Made by a program: the position numbers and the translations under genes | In this document: one piece after another, positions 58,191 through 64,000 of the stretch | Numbering within the stretch: the stretch's first letter is position 1 | Layout: each line of letters opens with the position of its first letter | From: Chlorokybus atmophyticus | Lineage: Eukaryota; Plantae; Mesostigma and Chlorokybus algae | Reading direction: 5' to 3' | Assembly (NCBI GenBank): GCA_009103225.1 | Contig: RHPI01002823.1 | Coordinates: 702,164 to 766,163, forward strand | Length of the DNA: 64,000 nt | Notes under the pieces: generated by a model | What the model saw: the letters and a program-made list of their open reading frames with translations, nothing else | Database searches by the model: none | Told to the model about the DNA's origin: nothing

Positions 58191-59919
58191 TCAAGCCTCA
58201 TAGTTCCATGACACAGGAGGGTAGTCACAGCGCATATCCATTGTTTCAAGCATGAGACGCCCTATGCATTCCGCCATTGCGGGAGGAACTGCATTCGCTA
58301 TGGAAACGGCCGAGGTCATCCATGGCACTCCCAGCGCTGTTTGCCACGCAGCAATGCCGCCCCTGGTGCTTGGAAGGCCATAGACCGGGTACATCTGCTG
58401 TGGCGCGTTTGATGTCACGATTGTCTTCTTCGCGCTAGCGGACAGGTGCGGCGATAGCAGTCCAACTGCCTTGCCCGCGTGCGAGCAGCGTGCTGGTGGG
58501 GTAGCTACCACTGGCTGTGTCTCAAACAGACGGTGTCGGAAAGTTAATAGGCCAAACATCGTGCCACAAAGGGACAGATTGGGTCTGAATGAGGAAGCTG
58601 CTCCTGGCACATTTACAATCACAAACTTGACCTGGCTTGCAAGCAGCAGACGTCGGACGAGCGGTATCATATCATAGTGTCTCCAGGATGTGCCATGTGC
58701 CGCCCGTTGAGGTGCCTGGATAGCACCTGAATAGGCCTGGCATGGTGGACTGGCCCAGATGAGCTCGTACTCGCTCAGCTCTCCTGCACTCAGGGTGCAT
58801 ACATCGCGGTGTATGAAGGGCAGCGGGTACTCAGAGGAGGGACTTATGTCCATCCCGGTCACGTCAAAGCCTGCGTGGTATAGACCGACACTGGCACCGC
58901 CACCGCCGCAGAATAGGTCGAGTGCCCTTGGTCTGCGTGTGCGTCCCAGCTTGTTGTCAAATGGCGTGTATGTGGTCAAGGCTGGCCGTGGTGCTAGCCA
59001 AAGACTAACAATGATGCCGTCCGGGCTTACTTTGCGACTGACGTTCTCCCCTCCGGCGCGCAGAACATGGCGTGCCCCGTCAACTGATGTGTACGCGAAT
59101 ACGTTGTGCCCTTTGAAGTTGATGGTTTGTGGTCGATCACCGTCATCGAATACTATACGGTGCTGCCCTGCAAAGACATTTTCCATTGCACCATGCATAT
59201 ATGATGCGTCCTCAATCTCGCACGCCACGAAGCGATGCTGACCTGACGCTTGCTTGAATGATTCCACAACGCCCGCATACCATTCCCCATACAGCGGCCA
59301 ATGCACCATGACACTCACACCGATCAGCAGCTCGCATCCCAACTTAACTGCGTTCCGCTGCCGATGCAGTGCGCTGTCCAACGGTCGATGGTCTGCCTCC
59401 TCTACAGCGGCCAGGGGATGGAACTGCCCACGCCCACACCGTGCAAGACTGCTCTGAATGCGACAACAGCTTCAACATGCATGAAATAAGCATACGCCCA
59501 ACATAACATGCAGTGATACGTCGCGGTCCACTCTTGTGGATTACCTCCACAGCATCCACCACCTGTCCACTAACCACATGTCCCGGTGTTGTCCATGTGA
59601 AGAAGCGCATGGGTTCCCCTCGCCACTCGAAGCATGAGCGCGAGCACGATTCGCACACGCACTGCACGCAATGGAAAAACTCGGGTTCCTTGCACAGCAC
59701 TTGGCCGAGGCGGCAGCCAAACACGTCGACATTGTGTGTGGTGTGATGCCAGCAAGCAGCACTAAAACCGTGGCACACTGTCTGCACTCGCTGGCATTCG
59801 GTCAAGTGTGCTCGCATTTGCTGCCTACGGCCATTGGCACATACGTACGCATTGCATTGTGGGCACACCAAGCATGGTCTCCTAGGTGAGGGTGATTCAA
59901 CTGCTGCCGCCGACATCAT
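58191..59919 (-). CDS. Cys/His-rich + Tudor + C5 cytosine DNA methyltransferase fusion (predicted exons 59919-59548, 59453-59243, 59167-58191; 519 aa)
   Basis: MTase motifs LDLFCGGGGAS (I), VTGMDI (II), WASPPCQAYS (IV), VIVNVPGA (VI, with E>V), LCGTMFGL..FRHRLFET and LGVPWMT...NAVPPAMAECIG (X). Tudor-like VMVHWPLYGEWYAGVVESF....QHRIVFDDGD forms after removing a 75-nt GT-AG intron. The join to the upstream Cys-rich exon is less certain. Confidence 0.85.
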
Positions 59920-59962
59920 GCAAAATAGGAATCGGCACGGCTGCCCACAAACTGAGCGAGAC

Positions 59963-60120
59963 TTTAGGGTATGGGCATCAATTTAGGGTTGCCAGCTTAC
60001 GAACCCTAAATGGGTCAAACTTCAAGTGAAGCACGACTGTACCTTATACGCTATTGCAGTACCATGCATGGTACTACATCAACATGAATGGTACTCTATC
60101 TGTTAATGGTACTACAGTAC
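59963..60120. promoter_or_regulatory. Upstream region of the MTase gene: telo-box-like repeats and an ATGGTAC cluster
   Basis: TTTAGGG twice, AACCCTAAA, the perfect palindrome AGTACCATGCATGGTACT (60058-60075), and AATGGTACT at 60087 and 60105. Confidence 0.55.
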
Positions 60121-60402
60121 AAGGATACTCGCATACTACCACGATCGTAGAGTAATACTGTGCTGTCATGCCATGGAACCCAGAGCGCTGTCCGAGTTTG
60201 TTGCTGTCAACCACGCTCTAAACCAGCGAGGTATGCAAGCCATGCACTGACTCATGCGCCGGGCAGTCATCATACACATGTACAGCCAATGCTTCTAACA
60301 ACAGCAGATCTCTGGTGCACCATGCACCATGCTGCAACTATACATGTACCTACATGGTTCACAGGAAGCCAACACAAAACTACAATACATGCACAATTGG
60401 CA

Positions 60403-62254
60403 TCAAGGCGGGGGCCAAATCACCGCCGACACGTTGGCGTCTTGCATCAGGCGTGGCGACCAAAACGGGTGAGGTTGCTTGCAGAATGGACACGCTTGTA
60501 GATTCTTTGATTTATTTGCCACAGTCTTCTGATGTGCTATGATGCAGACATGGCACATCGCTTTCTTGCAACAGGGCGTCTCCCCATCCGCTGGGGGGGG
60601 TGGCTCTTCAATGCGACAAATCAGCACACATGGTGCACGCGGGTGTGCAAGCTGCCTCTGCCACCAAACTCTGTTATCGCGTCGCAGGCGTAGCGACTCC
60701 CATCTGAATGGCGCAGCATAACGCTCCACTGCCTGCTCGATCACCTGACGCCCATCTGCCGCCATACACCACCTGCTGGTCTTGGTGGTCTCGTCCAGCA
60801 TGCGTTCATCCAGGCCCTCGACATGGCTGTCGTCACTCGTGTACTCCCCCGCATCGTCATTTTCTTCGAGCTTCCACAGAATCAGCTCGACGTGCCGTAT
60901 GACATACAGCCACTGCCAGCCAAAGCATGCCAAGTACAGCTCGAATGGTTTTACTTGCCACCCAGTATGTTTGCTCAGGTAGTGGCACACATCTCGACCC
61001 GCATTAGTCGACATCGACAGGTACATCTGCTGCAGCAGGTCGAAGTTCTGCTCCGCAGATAGCTCTTGCACATTGCCGGGGTGCTGCGGCAGCAACAACA
61101 CCATCATATCGAGGACGGCGAGGGGCAACAACGTACTACGGATGGCCATATCGTGTATGGGTTCCAACCACGGCCAATCCCCAGAGGTCTGTTTAGACCG
61201 CATTCTCCGCGTTTGCTCCCACTTATTGCAAACTTTCGTCACCCACCTCGAGGCATGCCGCATGCGGTGATGCAGCGCGTCTTGGGCGTACTGTAGGGTG
61301 ATCAACTCCTTTGCACTACGAGTCAGCCCCCCAAAGCGTCTGCGCGTCGGTGCTTTGAGCTTAGGCAGCTCGTGCCGCACCGGCTGTCTCTCTGGACGAT
61401 GCTGAGCAGCCACTTGACGCTGTAAATCCGCCTGTGCCTACTCAGGACACACATTCAGCCCCAGTGAGGCTTCAAGGCGCTGTGCTTCTTCTAATGTTGT
61501 AACGATGCCTCACCTTTCCTTTTTTGGTCCTGTCAGCGTCCTTTGTTCCAACAACCTTCTTCTTTTTTTTTTGTCACCCTGCACATCCTGGCAGGCGCTC
61601 TCCGTGGCACTGTCACTCAGAGTAGGTAAGGCGATATCTTCTTGCTTCACAGCCTTGCGCTTGTTGGTTGCCTCCCGTTCCTCCACGACCTCATGTTGCT
61701 TCATGAGGTCGAGCATAAAGCCTTTGTCTTTCAGCGCAGCTTTCAAGACACCTCGATCAATCTCTTTACTAACAAGACAGGCTAGGATCAATGTGGCAAG
61801 CTTAGAGGGAGAGGGCGAGCTACAGCTGCTTCTTGATGGAGATGCCTCCGGATGGTCAGAGTGCGGTGGCAAGTGAGTCACCGCGGCAGGAAGGGAGGGT
61901 GCTGAATTGGGATTGCGAGCATATGGCTGTGGTTGAGGGGAGGCAGGATGTGCAGAACACTCGGCTACTTCTTGCCTAGCACACGAAGGCGAGGCCTGAG
62001 GCGTTGGCGCAGCACTCTGGGTCACAGCCGGTGGTAGCGGGGAATTGGCAACGCCATGCCGCCACTCTCCGATCAGGTGTGTTACCTCCGGTGGCACTTC
62101 ATGCATAGGCCACGACCACTGTTCGGTGCTTGCAGGCTTGAGGAGCCAAAAGTGTGCTTCTGGCTCATCAGGAGCAGTGTTGCCCACCACCAGGACTGAG
62201 TTGGGGGCTTCTTTATTTCCAACCCAAACTGCGCTGCCGGGCCGTGGCACCCAC
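60403..62254 (-). pseudogene. Interrupted ORF (about 615 codons) ending in a RING-like zinc finger; 5' end cut by LTR insertion
   Basis: ORFs 62250-61510 and 61413-60403 share one frame and are separated by TGA (61510-61512) and TAG (61438-61440). The C-terminus is CVLIC...PCCKKAMCHVC...CPFC. No ATG precedes the LTR junction at 62255. Confidence 0.65.
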
Positions 62255-63229
62255 TGTAACGGGAAGGTACATTATATTACCACAAATCGACCATAAAAGC
62301 ACCAAGTCTTTTGTAGTCGAGTGGGCTGTGACATTGGTCATCGGAGCTTGAGACCCGGGTTCGATTCCTGCCTTGCACACGAATTCCGCGGTCGTTGTTT
62401 CTCGATCCAATAACATCGTAAATGGTCACTTTATGAGTGCCATCATCGATGGGTCGCGACTTGCCTAATGGCAGTCGCGCCGAACTGACCAGTTCAGTCG
62501 GCGCGGCAGGGCGCGACCTGCCTATCGCGGCGACGCGACCTGTGGGGCCGGCAGCGGCGCGATGTGCGCGCGTTGACCGGTTTGGGCCTAAATTGGCCGA
62601 TCCTTGGATGGTGGGGCCGGTGACCGACCCTAAATCAGACCCCTGGGAAGATTCCCCAGCTGATGGCCGCCCTTAAGTGGGGGGGAATGTAACGGGAAGG
62701 TACATTAGATTACCACAAATCGACCATAAAAGCATCAAGTCTTTTGTGGTCGAGTGGGCTGTGACATTGGTCATCGGAGCTTGAGACCCGGGTTCGATTC
62801 CTGCCTTGCACACGAATTCCGCGGTCGTTGTTTCTCGATCCAATAACATCGTAAATGGTCACTTTATGAGTGCCATCATCGATGGGTCGCGACTTGCCTA
62901 ATGGCAGTCGCGCCGAACTGACCAGTTCAGTCGGCGCGGCAGGGCGCGACCTGCCTATCGCGGCGACGCGACCTGTGGGGCCGGCAGCGGCGCGTTGACC
63001 GGTTTGGGCCTAAATTGGCCGGTCCTTGGATGGTGGGGCCGGTGACAGACCCTAAATCAGACCCCTGGGAAGATTCCCCAGCTGATGGCCGCCCTTAAGT
63101 GGGGGGGAATGTAACGGGAAGGTACATTAAATTACCACAAATCGACCATAAAAGCATCAAGTCTTTTGTGGTCGAGTGGGCTGTGACATTGAGTTCAACG
63201 AGGACGTTGAAAACCTAAGTGGGGGGGAA
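62255..63229 (+). mobile_element. Tandem array of miniature LTR retroelements (TRIM-like): units of 433, 422 and 120 bp
   Basis: 79-bp LTRs TGTAAC...GTGACA at 62255-62333, 62688-62766 and 63110-63188. A PBS-like TGGTCATCGGAGC follows LTR1 and LTR2. The PPT AAGTGGGGGGGAA lies at 62675-62687, 63097-63109 and 63217-63229. No recognisable gag/pol coding sequence. Confidence 0.85.
62314..62368 (+). promoter_or_regulatory. tRNA-type Pol III internal promoter (A box + B box); second copy in unit 2
   Basis: A box TAGTCGAGTGG (TGGTCGAGTGG in unit 2) at 62314 and B box GGTTCGATTCC at 62358, a 44-nt start-to-start spacing typical of tRNA genes. Confidence 0.7.
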
Positions 63230-63756
63230 TGTAACGGGAGCAATAATAATAGGGGTATTATTGCTACCTGAATAACACATTTTGTATGAATAAGTATTTA
63301 AATATGCTTATCTATACCTCTTTTCTACGGTTCCTCGCTTATTAAAGGCTATGATGCTTTATCATAGCTTAAATAAGTCCCAATGGGTGTAGAACCGCTT
63401 ATTCAAGCCTATTTAGTGTCACATTTGATATAATGTGATCACTATCTCGTTAGGTACCTTACGATAGGTATCTTTGGATAGGTACCTTATCTGAGCTGTG
63501 ATTGGCTCACGCTAGATTTCCTAACCTACCCTATCTGTAGGGTCGATGTCTAGTTGTGAGTTAATTATCGAGAGTTATATAGTTGATATACTCTTGATAT
63601 AAAAGGTCACATCAATCTGATGTGGGGACTTTCAGTTCTCTGCTCAGTGGCGGCCACGCCGTCGAAAGGCTTGTCATAGGCGGTGTGGGTGTTGGGGTAG
63701 AGGATTGAAGGGGCATCACCGGCGACGGTGGTGCTGTTACATTGGTATCCAGGAGC
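63230..63756 (+). mobile_element. 512-bp LTR (63230-63741) with TATA box and Met-i-like PBS
   Basis: Ends TGTAAC/GTTACA form a perfect 6-bp inverted repeat. It is preceded by a PPT, contains TATAAAAG at 63598-63605, and is followed by TGGTATCCAGGAGC at 63743-63756. The internal region runs off the window. Confidence 0.8.
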
Positions 63757-64000
63757 TGGGGGGTGACGTGGGTACTTATAGGGGGCGGCGACCTGCTTTC
63801 GGCCAATCAGAAGCGTCGGCGGCGGCCTCCTATTCGTCCACGCAGCCCAAGCTTCAAGTTCGCTTCCCTGCGCTACCTCCACGTTGAAGCCACCTATTAA
63901 AGAGGCGGCCTCTCCACGTGTGAGGTACCATCACACGTCGGTGACTTGCCTGCTTGCCTGCTTGTCAGCTGCTTGCCAGGTGCTTGCCAAGTGCACGTGT

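Larger units (their letters stand above)
52939..62254. mobile_element. Putative large Plavaka-family DNA transposon with cargo genes; right part interrupted by LTR elements
   Basis: Cluster of a Plavaka transposase, a C5-MTase fusion, a RING-like ORF and a coiled-coil gene, with shared ATGGTAC promoter motifs and several decay lesions. The left boundary is guessed from short repeats at 52939-53140. No TIR or TSD could be confirmed. Confidence 0.55.

Noticed and set aside
58191-59381. Bacterial or phage contamination as the source of the MTase
   Set aside because: The gene has a GT-AG intron splitting a eukaryotic Tudor domain and lies among spliced genes.
61438-61513. An intron removing both stops in the RING ORF
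   Set aside because: The AG|GTGAGG donor is phase 2 while nearby acceptors are phase 0, so splicing does not restore the RING frame. Two separate genes cannot be fully excluded.
62306-62377. A functional tRNA gene
   Set aside because: A and B boxes are present, but there is no paired acceptor stem or credible anticodon arm and the T stem is imperfect; treated as a promoter module.
62255-63240. CRISPR-like repeat array
   Set aside because: Units 1 and 2 have near-identical internal sequence rather than unique spacers, and TG...CA ends, PBS and PPT explain the array as LTR elements. No cas genes are present.

Overview
Eukaryotic nuclear DNA from a green plant-lineage alga. Plant-like PetM, PsbR, MED14 and UTr5 sequences point to an early-diverging streptophyte (inference). 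About 1-52 kb is an intron-rich housekeeping neighbourhood. It contains an unknown coiled-coil gene, a ZnF-UBP + class I sirtuin fusion, a GRIP golgin, MED14, PetM, a DNL zinc ribbon protein, a second coiled-coil gene, an F-box gene, a PPR gene, a UTr5/SLC35B transporter and PsbR. Assembly irregularities occur near 5-10 kb. From about 53 kb to the end is an accessory mobile region. It holds a decaying Plavaka-family transposase flanked by cargo genes. One cargo gene is a spliced fusion of a Cys/His-rich region, a Tudor domain and a phage/bacterial-type C5 DNA methyltransferase. The others are a RING-like ORF and a small coiled-coil gene. Palindromic ATGGTAC clusters lie upstream of the transposase and the methyltransferase. 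The RING ORF is cut at 62255 by a tandem array of miniature LTR elements (79-bp LTRs, PBS, PPT). Their LTR/PBS junction forms a tRNA-type Pol III A/B-box promoter. The array is joined to a 512-bp LTR. All calls come from reading motifs by eye; exon boundaries and gene ends are manual and approximate.
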